64,000 nucleotides of DNA from the human T2T-CHM13v2.0 reference genome, Homo sapiens, in NCBI RefSeq assembly GCF_009914755.1, contig NC_060925.1; one strand, written 5' to 3'. Positions 1-13,315 of this stretch are shown piece after piece. The position numbers were made by a program, and so were the translations under genes. Every line of letters starts with the position of its first letter. The stretch's first letter is position 1. The notes beneath the pieces were generated by a model. That model searched no databases. It saw nothing but the letters and a program-made list of their open reading frames with translations, and was not told the DNA's origin.

Positions 1-968
1 TCTTTGTGTCCTTTGAACATGTATAACCATTTTTCTTGGGAGTATATCTAGGAGTGGATTTTAAGTATACCAATTTATCCTTTCACCAGCAGTGTATAAG
101 AGTGCTAGATAGTTCATATCCTTATCAAACTTGGTATCCGTCTCAAGAAAAAGAAAAATGAAAAAGAATCCCAGGGTCATGAAGATACTATTTGAAGTGT
201 TTTTTTGAATGATTTTAAAAAATCATTCATATTTAGAATTAATTTATCTCTAAACAGAGCAAAAACTGTTGCTTTTCTTTTCCATGGCAGTGGTGCAGAG
301 CTTAGACTCTTAGCTTCCTACCCACACCTAGATTCAACAAATGTACCCAGGGTAAAAGCAACTGCAGAAGATAGCTCACCTCTGAGATTTTTTTTTTTCT
401 CCCTCTCTGGAATTTTACCCCCTCTAGTTCTTGTTTTCTTAGCATTCTCTGCTGCCTTTAAAAAGATGATTTTTATATTTTATCTGGCTTTTCTGAGTGT
501 TGTCTGTAGAACTGGCTTGCCGCTATTCCATCTCTCTTGGAAGTAGATATGATCTTTTTAAACATGCTCAAATCTCTTCCATTGAAAGCATACCAAATTC
601 TTGGTCAGTCCTACATTTTCTTCCTGGTACCTTAAATCACCACAACAATTTTTGCCTCTATACACTAATTTTTTTTTAATCTTAATATCACTAACTCCAG
701 AGGACATTTCTGGTCCTGATTTTACCTCATCTCTTAGACACATTTCACTTTGTTGACCACTTGCTCCTTCTTGAAACACTCTCTTTCTTCCCTTGGCACT
801 CGTGATACAACACTATCTTAGTCTTCCTTCTAGCTTTCTGGATTTTTTTGTCCTTTGCTGACTCATCTTCTTGTTCTGCCAATACTGGGAGTTCCTCAAG
901 ATTCAGATCTAGGTTGTCTTCTCTTTTTACTATGTTATCTTCCTTAGTGATCTCAAGATCATGCCTTC

Positions 969-1301
<333 letters not shown>

Positions 1302-1450
1302 CTAATTATCACACAAATTTGCATCTCCATTTCAGACTACTCTTTTGAGCATCGAACCATGAGGCCCATTTGCTTAGTTGATATCCTCACTGAGATGACC
1401 AAAAAACTACTTCAGACTCAAAATGTCTCACAAATAATTTATGGCCTATT

Positions 1451-1763
<313 letters not shown>

Positions 1764-1810
1764 TGGCCTATTTTTATTACAGAAGCTGGAAACTTAAAAG
1801 TTATCCATAA

Positions 1811-2210
<400 letters not shown>

Positions 2211-2712
2211 GTTCACCGGTCTTGTTAATCTAGGCTACCCTTATCTCCTCTGGTAGGTCAGTCTAATGACCACATTCTTTCCTTACAACATGCTCCCCTT
2301 GCTCTTCTTTTTAGCTGCTATGGCCTTTCTGTTTCTCAAACACATCTTGCTGTCTTCTAGCAGGGTGCATTTTTGCATGTTGTTCCCTCTGCCTGGAATG
2401 CTCTCTCTCAAACTCCCCCTCTCCTCTAAGTCCTTTGCTGTCATCAGATTTCATTTCAATCATTACCTACTCAAGAATCCTTTCCTGACTAGGTTTTTAT
2501 TTCCCATTTTATGCTGTTATTGTTCCATGAAGTTTTCTGTTGTGTCATTTATCAGCGTTGTAATTTTCACGATTTTTAAAATTAGTCCCTATTTAGTAAG
2601 CACTTTGAGAGTAAGGACCTTATGTGTTTCCTGTCATTATTGTGTTCCCTAGCACCTCATACACTGCCTGGCATCTAGTAGGCATTCAGTAAATATTTGT
2701 TGAATGCACTAA

Positions 2713-2955
<243 letters not shown>

Positions 2956-2990
2956 TAGGACCCTGGCCAGGCAGACTGAATCAGACATAA

Positions 2991-3182
<192 letters not shown>

Positions 3183-4240
3183 TAGCTGCCTCATAAGGTT
3201 CTCCTCTTCGCTCTGAGTCCTCAAAACTGCCCATGATTTCCTTCCCTCAGCTCTGGCTCTTGAGCCTTCATAAGATGTCCATTTAGCTCGCTATTCCCAA
3301 TTCCCATTCCCTTGATATCTCATAAAGGTAGCTCTGTATGGTGTCTTTTTTCAGGGAGAGTAATGAGAGTGTAGCCAGAGACTTGACTCATTCTGCATCA
3401 CTCTTGCTCTGCATTTGAATGTCTCTCTTTCCCCATGCCTGCTTTTGGGATGTAGGGGAGGGACTATATCTTCTCTGAAATCCCTTTAAAGGGAGTTACT
3501 TAGTTGCGAGGACTATCCTTTGCTCTGCCCATCCTCACCCCGATCTGTATAATAGATTAGATGTTTCTCTTATCTCTCTCCTGACTTTTCTGCTCTTTGT
3601 CTCTTAGGGGCTTCCAAATTGCTAGGGATTAGACCTTCTTTCCCACTTATATTTCCTAAACCCTCACATTTCTGTAAGCACACTGGTCTTAACCTCAGTA
3701 AGTGCAGGGAAACCCTATAATATGCTTATCCCTGTTTTCCTTGTGGCCATCCCTCCTAGGCTTTGGCTGCTGTCTCCTTTGTAAATGGCATTTCTTCCAT
3801 CAACCACAAGAACACTGTTACTATGGTCATGATTCCTGGGTAGATTAGCATTTGAATGGGAAAAAGGATAAACTTGGGACTGGATGAGGCCATTGTTTGA
3901 TTTAGTAGTGCTAAACCTTCACATGCTCCTCTGCAAAGGGGAGAGAAATCAGTTTATCAAGTACCTACTGTGGGCTACGTCCTGTGTAAGGTGCTTAATA
4001 TGGACCCCAGTAGCGCTGCAAGCAGGTGTTCTTATCACCATCTGAGAAGAGGAAAAAAGATCAGAGAGATTGAGTAACTTCTGCTTGTGTGATAGAATAG
4101 AGATTGAAACCAGGGCTCACTGAGTCTCAAGCCCTAGTCATTCAGTTGTAGTTTTCTTGCTAAGAAGCCTTTCCACAAACCCATAGCCTGACAGTGAAGG
4201 TGAAGGTTCTAGGAGCTAATCCTTTCTCTCTGACTGTCAG

Positions 4241-4435
4241 GTGGTAGGCAGTATGGATGCCCACCCCAGCCGATACTGTGCTACTGTGCGGGTACAGCGA
4301 CCACGGCAAGAGATCATTGAAGACTTGTCCTACATGGTGCGTGAGCTCCTCATCCAATTCTACAAGTCCACCCGTTTCAAGCCTACCCGCATCATCTTCT
4401 ACCGAGATGGGGTGCCTGAAGGCCAGCTACCCCAG
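4241..4435 (+). CDS. AGO1: AGO1 coding exon (probably exon 15), PIWI
   Basis: tgtcag|GTG...CCCCAG|gtaggg; 195 nt; [29 protein letters not shown]...[13 protein letters not shown] (GVPEGQLPQ is AGO1-type). Confidence 0.98.
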
Positions 4436-4688
4436 GTAGGGCCCACAGTAGGTGGAGAAAACCTTCACATCATGGCTGGAAAGCTAGGTGCTACTACCTT
4501 TTCTAAGCTATTGGCACTGAGAGGTGTGTCACTTCTTAGTGAGCTTTGCTAAATGGAGTAGACTTGGGGGCAAGGATCGCAACTGAGGGATGGAGTGTAC
4601 AAGCATCTGTAGATTTTTCTTCTCATAATAGAAGACCCTCACTGCCTATTTAAGTAGTTGGTTCATGTTGGAGACTGATTGTTTAGAC

Positions 4689-4868
4689 CAGTGATTCTCA
4701 AATGCTAGCTTACATTAAGATCGCCTGGAGGGCTTGTTAAAACAGTTTTAAGGGCTCTACCCTTAGAGTTTCTGATTCAGTGAGTCTTGGATGAGGGCCA
4801 AGAATTTACAATACTGACAAGTTCTTAGGCGATGCTGATAGTCTGGAGACTACATTTGAGGACTAATG
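4689..4868. mobile_element. MER5-like hAT-Charlie MITE
   Basis: ~180 bp; degenerate TIRs CAGTGATTCTCAAA / TTTGAGGACTAATG. Confidence 0.65.
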
Positions 4869-5243
4869 CTGTTGACCCTCCTTCATAATATTCCTCCTAT
4901 TCATTCTCACTGCCAGCCTTCATTTTTTTTTTTTAACTTCTATCCTGAACTGGTATCCTTGACTACCATTTAATAGTATTATAACTACTGTTCCAATGAA
5001 CTTCCTATGTGCCATGAACTGTCCTAAGCACTTCACTTTCTTTTTTTTTTCCCTAAATCTGAGTGGAAACATATGTTCTATTTAATGCTTTACAATAGTC
5101 CTTTGGAATAATAGTGTATTTCCATTTAACAGATGAGAAAACAGGCTTGGAAATGTTACATGATCTTTAATGTCATCAAAGATAATTAGGAGTGGAACCG
5201 GGATTCAGACACATTGGTCTGATTCCATAGTTTATGCTCTTAA

Positions 5244-5594
<351 letters not shown>

Positions 5595-6485
5595 TAAAAT
5601 AACAGACACATTTATCATATCACATATCTGTTCAGAAATGTCTAGTGGCTTCACATAGCTTTGAGTTAAAATTCAAACTGCTTAGCAAAGCAATCAGTAG
5701 TTATTAAGCCCTACTAGGTTTTCTATGCTTTTACTTAATTGTCTATCGTAGTCTTCTTAATAGCTTTGTGAAGCAGGTCTTAGTAACATTAACAGACGTG
5801 GAGAAAATGAGACTTAGTGGAGTTGAATAACTTGCCTGATGTAATACAACTAGATAAAGCTTGGATTTAAATCTAATTGATTCCAAAGTCTATCCTTCTC
5901 TACCATACAGTTTTGACCCTCTGTATCTGACATCCACGGCCACAGGCAACTATTGCCTATGATTATTTACTTCTAGCTTTTCCCTTAGCTAGCCTGTTTT
6001 CTTATAATCCTGCTGCTTTGCAGGACTGAATTCACCTACTCTCTCTGCACCCATTATGGAACTATATGTCTGCTCTTCTCTGGTGGTCCACAACCTGTCT
6101 GCTCTTGGAGCCCAAAGGAGAACTCTCATTAGTCACCTGATCCTGTGTGAAACTAACTTTGGGCATTGTGATTTTAGTGATTTCTCTGTGAACCTTGGTT
6201 CTGTGTCTTGGTATTAGGTCTCTTTATACACAGGAACCAGATGAGTGTTGTCTTCTGATGCCAAGCCTCCTGGCCAAGGTTTTATAGGAGCATATTAAGT
6301 GAACTGAGCATAAGGCTGCTTTTGACAAGAAGGGCCTGTCATCTCTAATTGTTGAGCATCAGCATATAAAGGGAGACTGAGCCAAAAGTTATATTACAAG
6401 TGGCAACTCCTTAGTTCAGAAGGGTATGTGAACTCAAGAGGAACTGTGTATTTCTTTGTTTCCCTCCCCATTTTTTTGTGCCTAG

Positions 6486-6620
6486 ATACTCCACTATGAG
6501 CTACTGGCCATTCGTGATGCCTGCATCAAACTGGAAAAGGACTACCAGCCTGGGATCACTTATATTGTGGTGCAGAAACGCCATCACACCCGCCTTTTCT
6601 GTGCTGACAAGAATGAGCGA
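6486..6620 (+). CDS. AGO1: AGO1 coding exon (probably exon 16), PIWI
   Basis: cctag|ATACTC...GAGCGA|gtgagt; 135 nt; [45 protein letters not shown]. Confidence 0.97.
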
Positions 6621-6894
6621 GTGAGTGAGGGACTGAGGCCTCCCATCCCCTCCTTCTGTCTCCCTTATCTTAATAGAGAAGAAGCCCTTGAGATAAAGGC
6701 TGGGGATTTAGTCCTTGTCCTATCTATCCTCCCTGGCCCCTTCCCTCCTCCTAGCTCTTGTGGTCCTTCCTCTGCCACCGCCTTCACTAGTGTCCACCTC
6801 CTCCCGTCCTTCCCTTATACTTCCTTTCCCTCCTCCTAGCTCCCTGGCCTAGACCCCATATATAGACCAGCTCCTAGAGAAGGGGAAGGGAACT

Positions 6895-7065
6895 ACCATT
6901 TATTGAACTCCTCCTATGTGCCAGATACTGTACAAGGCGTCTTCCTCACAGCAACCCTGTGAGGTACGTATTATTATTATCTCCAATTTAACCTCAGAAA
7001 GGTTAAACGACTTGCTAAGATCACACAGCTAATAGGACTTGAACACAGGTCTGTGTGACTTTAGA
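6895..7065 (-). mobile_element. MIR SINE
   Basis: CATTTATTGA...CAACCCTGTGAGGTA...GGTTAAACGACTTGCTAAGATCACACAGCTA core. Confidence 0.7.
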
Positions 7066-7214
7066 AGCATATTATTTTAAGATTCAGTACCCTCAGGGAA
7101 TAGCAACTTTGGCTTTGTTCTTGGGATTTTGGTGAAATCAGAGTAGAATTGAGCCAGGGTCCTGGTTAGGGCCAGGCAGGTCTTGGGATCTTGGTTGTGT
7201 TTGTCTCTATACAG

Positions 7215-7316
7215 ATTGGGAAGAGTGGTAACATCCCAGCTGGGACCACAGTGGACACCAACATCACCCACCCATTTGAGTTTGACTTCTATCTGTGCAG
7301 CCACGCAGGCATCCAG
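7215..7316 (+). CDS. AGO1: AGO1 coding exon (probably exon 17), PIWI
   Basis: atacag|ATTGGG...ATCCAG|gtagct; 102 nt; [34 protein letters not shown]. Confidence 0.97.
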
Positions 7317-7429
7317 GTAGCTGGGCTTTATCTTGTGGTTCCAATGGGTCAAAGATGAGTTGTTCATTCATATTGCCTCTAGAATGTATCAGTCATCACT
7401 GAATGACATCCAAATTAGGATTGCTCTCT

Positions 7430-7748
7430 TTTCTGTTTGTTCTGTTTTGTTTTGTTTTGAGGCGGAGTCTCACTCTGTCCCCCAGGCTGGAGTGCAGTGG
7501 CACAATTTCAGCTAACTGCAACCTCCACCTTCTGGGTTTAAGCAGTCTTCCTGCCTTCCCGCCTCAGCCTCCCAAGTAGCTGGGATTACAAGCATGCGCC
7601 ACCATGCCCAGCTAATTTTTGTATTTTTAGTAGAGACAGGGTTTCACCATTTTGGCCCTGCTGTTCTTGAACTCCTGACCTCAAGTGATCCACCCACCTT
7701 GGCCTCCCAAAGTGCTGGGATTACAGGCATGAGCCACTGTGCCCGGCC
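7430..7748 (-). mobile_element. Alu
   Basis: Antisense Alu with (TTTTG)n tail. Confidence 0.92.
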
Positions 7749-7848
7749 AGGACTGCTGTCGTAATAAGCCCTGAGTACACTTGCAGGTTGCTTATAAGAA
7801 GAGTGCTTTATGACATTGGTAGTTTTGCATCTGCCTGTTCATGGGTGA

Positions 7849-8148
<300 letters not shown>

Positions 8149-8391
8149 TGAGGCCTGGGATCAGGTTGGCCTCCTTTTTGCTTCAGCCTATTGTGCCAGA
8201 TCTTCTTAACTTTCCTTGGGTAGAAGGAAATGAGTGCTGTCCAATTTGGTGTCATTGGGCTCGTCTGCCCAATCCTGGGTTGGGTTTCTCTCTTAAGTTG
8301 GTATGGGAATTGGCATCCCAGGGCTGGGCGAGGGAATTAGCAGCAGCTCTCAGTTCACCAGGAAGGACTTCTTTCATTTTTTCCTTTTCAG

Positions 8392-8500
8392 TGGAGAGGG
8401 GAGCCACATATCGGGGCAGAGCAATGGGCGGGACCCCCAGGCCCTGGCCAAAGCCGTGCAGGTTCACCAGGATACTCTGCGCACCATGTACTTCGCTTGA
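8392..8500 (+). CDS. AGO1: AGO1 terminal coding exon (probably exon 19) to stop
   Basis: ttttcag|TGGAGAG; (S)[35 protein letters not shown] then TGA 8498-8500; canonical Argonaute C-terminus MYFA. Confidence 0.98.
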
Positions 8501-8602
8501 AGGCAGAACGCTGTTACCTCACTGGATAGAAGAAAGCTTTCCAAGCCCCAGGAGCTGTGCCACCCAAATCCAGAGGAAGCAAGGAGGAGGGAGGTGGGGT
8601 AG
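8501..8602 (+). CDS. AGO1: AGO1x stop-codon readthrough extension (33 codons to second in-frame stop TAG)
   Basis: 99 nt open in frame after TGA: RQNAVTSLDRRKLSKPQELCHPNPEEARRREVG then TAG 8600-8602; matches my recollection of the reported AGO1x inter-stop region; readthrough itself is not visible in DNA. Confidence 0.7.
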   Translation, partial: RQNAVTSLDRRKLSKPQELCHPNPEEARRREVG

Positions 8603-11491
8603 GGAGGAGTGTAGGATGCCTTGTTTCCTTCTATAGAGGTGGTGTAAGAGTGGGGAACAGGGCCAGCAAGACAGACCACCAGCCAGAAATCTCTGATATC
8701 AACCTCATGTCCCCCACCCCTCACCCCATCTTGTCACATCTGGCCCTGACCCCACTGGACCAAAAGGGGCAGCACTGGTGCCCACCATACACACAGGTGT
8801 CTCATGTGACTCACAGTGCTAAAGACTCATGCTTGACAGCTTGGTAAGGTCAACTCTGTAGCCCTGCAGACAAAAGCTGGTTAGGTTTGGGTTTGATACT
8901 TTAGATGGGAAAGTGAGGGGCTTGAGAAAGTGGGTGGGAGGAGGGAAGGATTTTTTAGGAGCCTTAATCAGAAAAGGACTAGATTTGTTTAAGAAGAAAA
9001 ATGAAACCAGACCCAGATCAATATTTTAGGATACTAGATGTTTTAATGGGTTCAGAATCCAGTTTGTAGGAAGATTTTTTAATGGTTTTGGTTGCTCCTC
9101 CCCCAGCTGCCACCCCCCACCTTACCCTTATTCCTCTCTGTCCACATTTTCTGCCCCACCTTACTTCTCCTCCCTGACAGACATCCAGCCCCTAGTAATA
9201 CTTAAGGCACTATGGCACTTAGCTTTGAAGTGACACGACCCTGTCTTCCTTCCGCCCGCTGGTGGGTAACCAGTGCCTTCCCTGTAACGGTAATGCTGCA
9301 GAACTGCAACCTTTTGTACCTTTCTTTGGGGAATGGGGTGGGGGTGGGAGAGGAGGTAGATGGGGAAGAAATACCCCAGACCCAACAAACCTCCAGCCAG
9401 AAAGCCAGCTATTTTGCATTTGAAGGAATTGACTTCCTCATTCATTGAGCTTTTTAAAAGATCACAACCTCAAGATGGTTAAAATCCATTGACATTTGCA
9501 CTTTCAAACATGACAAGTCTCGGAGCTGCTGAGATGACAGGCCCCTGGCCTTTCCACTTATGCCTCCTTTTCTCCTTATTCCTCCTACCTCCCGCCCCGC
9601 CCAGGTCTGGAGTTACTTTCATAGCATTTTTCACTCTTGGCTTCTTTTCTCCCTTGATGGTCAAGTCTCTTATGTTTCAATATTTCTTAACTGGGGTGTC
9701 TTATAACAAAAAACTCTTAGGTCTAAAATGAGAAAAAAGAGAGAAAACAAAATGTTATTTTTATACCATAACTTGAGTGTATTGCCAAAATTTGGAAATC
9801 CTTCCCATGCCTGATGAGTTTATATCCCAGAAACATTGAGCCATCAGAATGAACTGTGTACCTGATTTGTTCTCTGACCTGGCTAGGTAGGGAGGGGGTG
9901 GTTATCGCCCCAAGATGGGGTCCAGGCTCCATCCTTCCTCTGTGCAGATAATACCTTTTTCTTGCTATAGCCTCCCTCCTCTGCACTGTCCTGCACTCTT
10001 TCTTGCAAGTGCATCTTTTTCCTTCCCCTGGACTGTCCTCTGACCCTTTGGCTCATCCTAGATTGCAGTGTGTCCTGTGGACAGGCTGGGGAATTTTGCT
10101 GCTCCCTATTGCTTCTGTTTACAAAAATGAATTTTTCCTGGTTTCCCACTAGGGCATGTGGGTGGGTGGCATGGACTTTTTTTTTTTTTTTTTTTTGTCT
10201 TGAGACATGGGGTTTGGCTGTCTTGCAGGACTGGAGAAGGTGGTGGTTCTAGCTTGGTCTCTGTTGGCCTTGAAGCAAGCATCCCCCCTGCCCTTTTTCC
10301 TTGACTGTTCATTTTTTTCCTGCCCCACTGCTTGGGATGGGGAGTTGCAACTTCAGTGTGGAATTTCCTCTTTGAGGAGCCTGGGCTTGGATCTATCCTG
10401 ATCTGGTGATGAAGCCATGATTACTTTAGACCTAGCCCAGGCTTGGAGGCCAGCTGGAGGAAGAAGGGTCTAAATCCTGGCCTGTAGAGTTAGAACTACC
10501 ATTTCCTCCCCTTAGCTGCCCTTGTATGACCCGGATTTGCTATGCAAAACAATCTATCCCAGGTTCTGTTCTGGTTGGCTACATTGTTCAGCAACTCACA
10601 AAACGTAGCACAAACATTCATTATGGAGAAAGCATCAGGACTGTTGAGTAACTCCTCCTTTACTTTTTTCCTGCTGGCTACAGCATGGGGTGCCCTATAG
10701 GCACAAGCCCAGCTGAAGAACAGAATGGAGGGCTCTGGGAGGAGGCAGCTCACTGGAGAGCCTACATTCCTTACACAAGTGCCTAAAGAGAGTGATGCTA
10801 ACACTCCATCTGCCCTGTCCATTGCCTTCATATACAGTCTACTTCGTGTTCTGTCACCCTTTGGGGAGGGGAGTTCTCCTGGGACAGTGGGCTCTGCATG
10901 TTCTCCACTTGGATACATTTTGGGGCTAGGATCAGGGCACTATTCCTGGAGGGTCCAGTCATTCACCAGCATTTGCAAATGTCCATAGGGAGCAGGTGGC
11001 AGCCTCTACTCCCAGCAACAAGTTTGTGTTCTCTCCTTTTCTCTCTTTGCCTCACTCTCTCCAGTTGGTTTTCAGCTGGGGCTTGAAATGCATTTTTAGC
11101 CCTTTGACGTGGCTTATGCCATTCAAGAAATAAAAAGCAAGAGAATCAGCTTTGGGCAATGACAAGAAATGAGTTCTTACTCTGATTTTTTTGTAAAAAG
11201 ATAATTTTTGAGACTTGAAAAATACCCCGACCTTGAGATTATTCCTGTTTGAAAGGTGGTGCATGCAGATGGAGAAGTGGTGTTGGCAGCAAGCTTTGGC
11301 TCATGTGGATTTGGTTTAAGTGGTGCTTCTTACCCAAGCTTCAAGGAAGTGCTTGGGGGACCCCCAGCCTCATCCTCTTAGTTGGGTCTCTTGTTCCCTT
11401 TGTACCACTGTTTTGCCTTCCTTTTCCTCTTCTCTCTTTGCCTGGCTTCCTTTCCCTTTTCTTCTATTCACTCTGCTTGCTTGCTGGCCGG

Positions 11492-11523
<32 letters not shown>
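11492..11523 (+). repeat. (CCTG)8 tetranucleotide microsatellite in AGO1 3' UTR
   Basis: Direct reading; flanked by degenerate GCTT/GTCT units. Confidence 0.95.
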
Positions 11524-11525
<2 letters not shown>

Positions 11526-13125
11526 TGCCTATGTGATGATGAAATCTCTGCATGGCTGCAATGATCCCACTGTTAGCTGGCAGGGTCAGGCTTAGCTCCT
11601 TGACTGCAGAAGACCAAGAACCTGTTCCCCAAGCCCAGAGATGTCCACCTGGGCTGGACTGCCCTCAAGCTTATACTAGAGAAGAGCAACTGACCTGCCC
11701 AACTTGTGTGAAGTCAGGAGGGTTTCTGGCATTTTCCACACCTGTCCACTCCTTGGAGCTGGTTTCTCTCATTGCTTTTTCTAAATCTGGTTCTTTTTCT
11801 CTTTACCTGGGGCCTGGCTTTTCTGAGATTGTCTTAGGGTTGAGCTATTTGGGTATCCTGGGTTTGAGTGTTAGGGGATGGACATAAAGGAAAAAGAGTG
11901 ATGAGAAGAGAATGGAGAGAATTTGAATAAAAGGTGGGAAAGGAGAGCACTGTTCTTTGATTGTTTATCCAGTCCAACCTGATCCATTAGGGATCGAGGT
12001 GCTACACTGGCCTCCAGGGATAAGCCTGGGGCTACTGTTGCTGGGAACTTAGGCTTAACATAAAGCCGAAGAAGGTACCTAGAAATTTGAAACTTCCCTA
12101 AAAAGCTCCTAATGCCCACCTGCTAGATAGCTTCTCTGTGGCCTCCTATTTAGCTAAGCAGCAGTGTTTTTGGATACTTTTTTTTTCTGTTTGTGAATAA
12201 GGCCAGCACTCAAGATGGGCAGCCAAGGGTGCACTGACTATTAGCTGGCCCATAGGATATCTGTAAGGCTGGTGGGACAGTTTTGGACCTGGAATCATGT
12301 GTAACTAACAAGGTTGGACGTTTCTTCCCCATCAGGGTAGAAAAATCATCTCAAACTAGCCAAAAGGCAGTTTTGGAAACTACATTGGGGGACGTTATTT
12401 TTATTTATATATGGGGCCTAGGCCAATCCAGGATGGTAGCTGGAATACCTTCCTTCTTAAAATCTGATCATGGCAGGGATATGCAGGGCACTTTTTACTA
12501 TTTGGCCTTCTAAGCAGATTGGGAAGGAGGTATTTTCTGGTTTTCGCTTTCCTCCGACTTAATAGGACTTGCCTTCTCCCTGGGCAGGGAGAGAGGCTGG
12601 GTTGGTGCTCTCCCTTACTCTACTCATACTGACTTAGAGCCTCTGGCTGCTGTTTGGGCATCCAAGAAAGGGAGGGGAAGGAATGAGCTAAAAACAAAAC
12701 AGAATGAGGTGGGAAAGGGAGATTTTCTTCTTTACAGAGGAAAATAGGAAACCCTCCAAGAATTGTGCAAGTAAAGACATTTGTTGAATGCACTGAGTCC
12801 CTTGGTGTAGTAGCAATAAGGAAAAATGAAATTACTTTCCTGTGCACACAGTCCAGCCTAATTGGTATGTGATGTTGCACTTAGCAGCCATGTGGTGGGC
12901 ATGTGTGACTACTCTGGTTTTCACTTTAGTTTCTAAACTTTTTATCCCTCTCAAGTCCAGCATGGATGGGGAAATGTCTCTGGATCCCCACAGCTGTGTA
13001 CTTGTTTGCATTTGTTTCCCTTTGAGATTTGTGTTTGTGTCCTGCTTTGAGCTGTACCTTGTCCAGTCCATTGTGAAATTATCCCAGCAGCTGTAATGTA
13101 CAGTTCCTTCTGAAGCAAGCAACAT

Positions 13126-13146
13126 CAGCAGCAGCAGCAGCAGCAG
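13126..13146 (+). repeat. (CAG)7 trinucleotide repeat in AGO1 3' UTR
   Basis: Direct reading; 15 nt upstream of TATAAA. Confidence 0.95.
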
Positions 13147-13161
13147 CACAATTCTGTGTTT

Positions 13162-13216
13162 TATAAAGACAACAGTGGCTTCTATTTCTAAAGTGCGGTC
13201 TTTCTCTTTTTTTTTC
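13162..13216 (+). terminator. Probable proximal AGO1 polyadenylation site (variant hexamer TATAAA)
   Basis: TATAAA 13162-13167, upstream UGUA motifs (13092-13100), downstream GTGCGGTCTTTCTCTTTTTTTT; L2-derived sequence begins just beyond. Confidence 0.6.
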
Positions 13217-13315
13217 CTACCAGCAAAACAAACTTTTGGGACTGATTACATCTCTAATAGATTTTAGGTGAGAATAATACTGTAGATTGTTATGCAGGAA
13301 TACTTCACAGAGCCT

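Larger units (their letters stand above)
8501..13190 (+). other. AGO1: AGO1 3' UTR (proximal, ~4.7 kb)
   Basis: Follows the stop; lacks recognisable Alu/L1; many miRNA seed matches; ends at a TATAAA + GU/U-rich signal. Confidence 0.75.

Noticed and set aside
6000-6260. Possible poison exon (TTTGCAG|GAC TGA) in an AGO1 intron
   Set aside because: No convincing downstream donor found
11533-11640. TGATGA box C-like motif suggesting a snoRNA
   Set aside because: No box D at a suitable distance, no terminal stem, exonic location
11129-11931. AATAAA hexamers at 11129 and 11926
   Set aside because: Downstream context is purine-rich without a clear GU/U element at the right distance; minor use cannot be excluded
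12832-13149. Minus-strand poly-Leu signal-peptide-like ORF
   Set aside because: Artefact of the CAG/CTG repeat; no promoter or splice support
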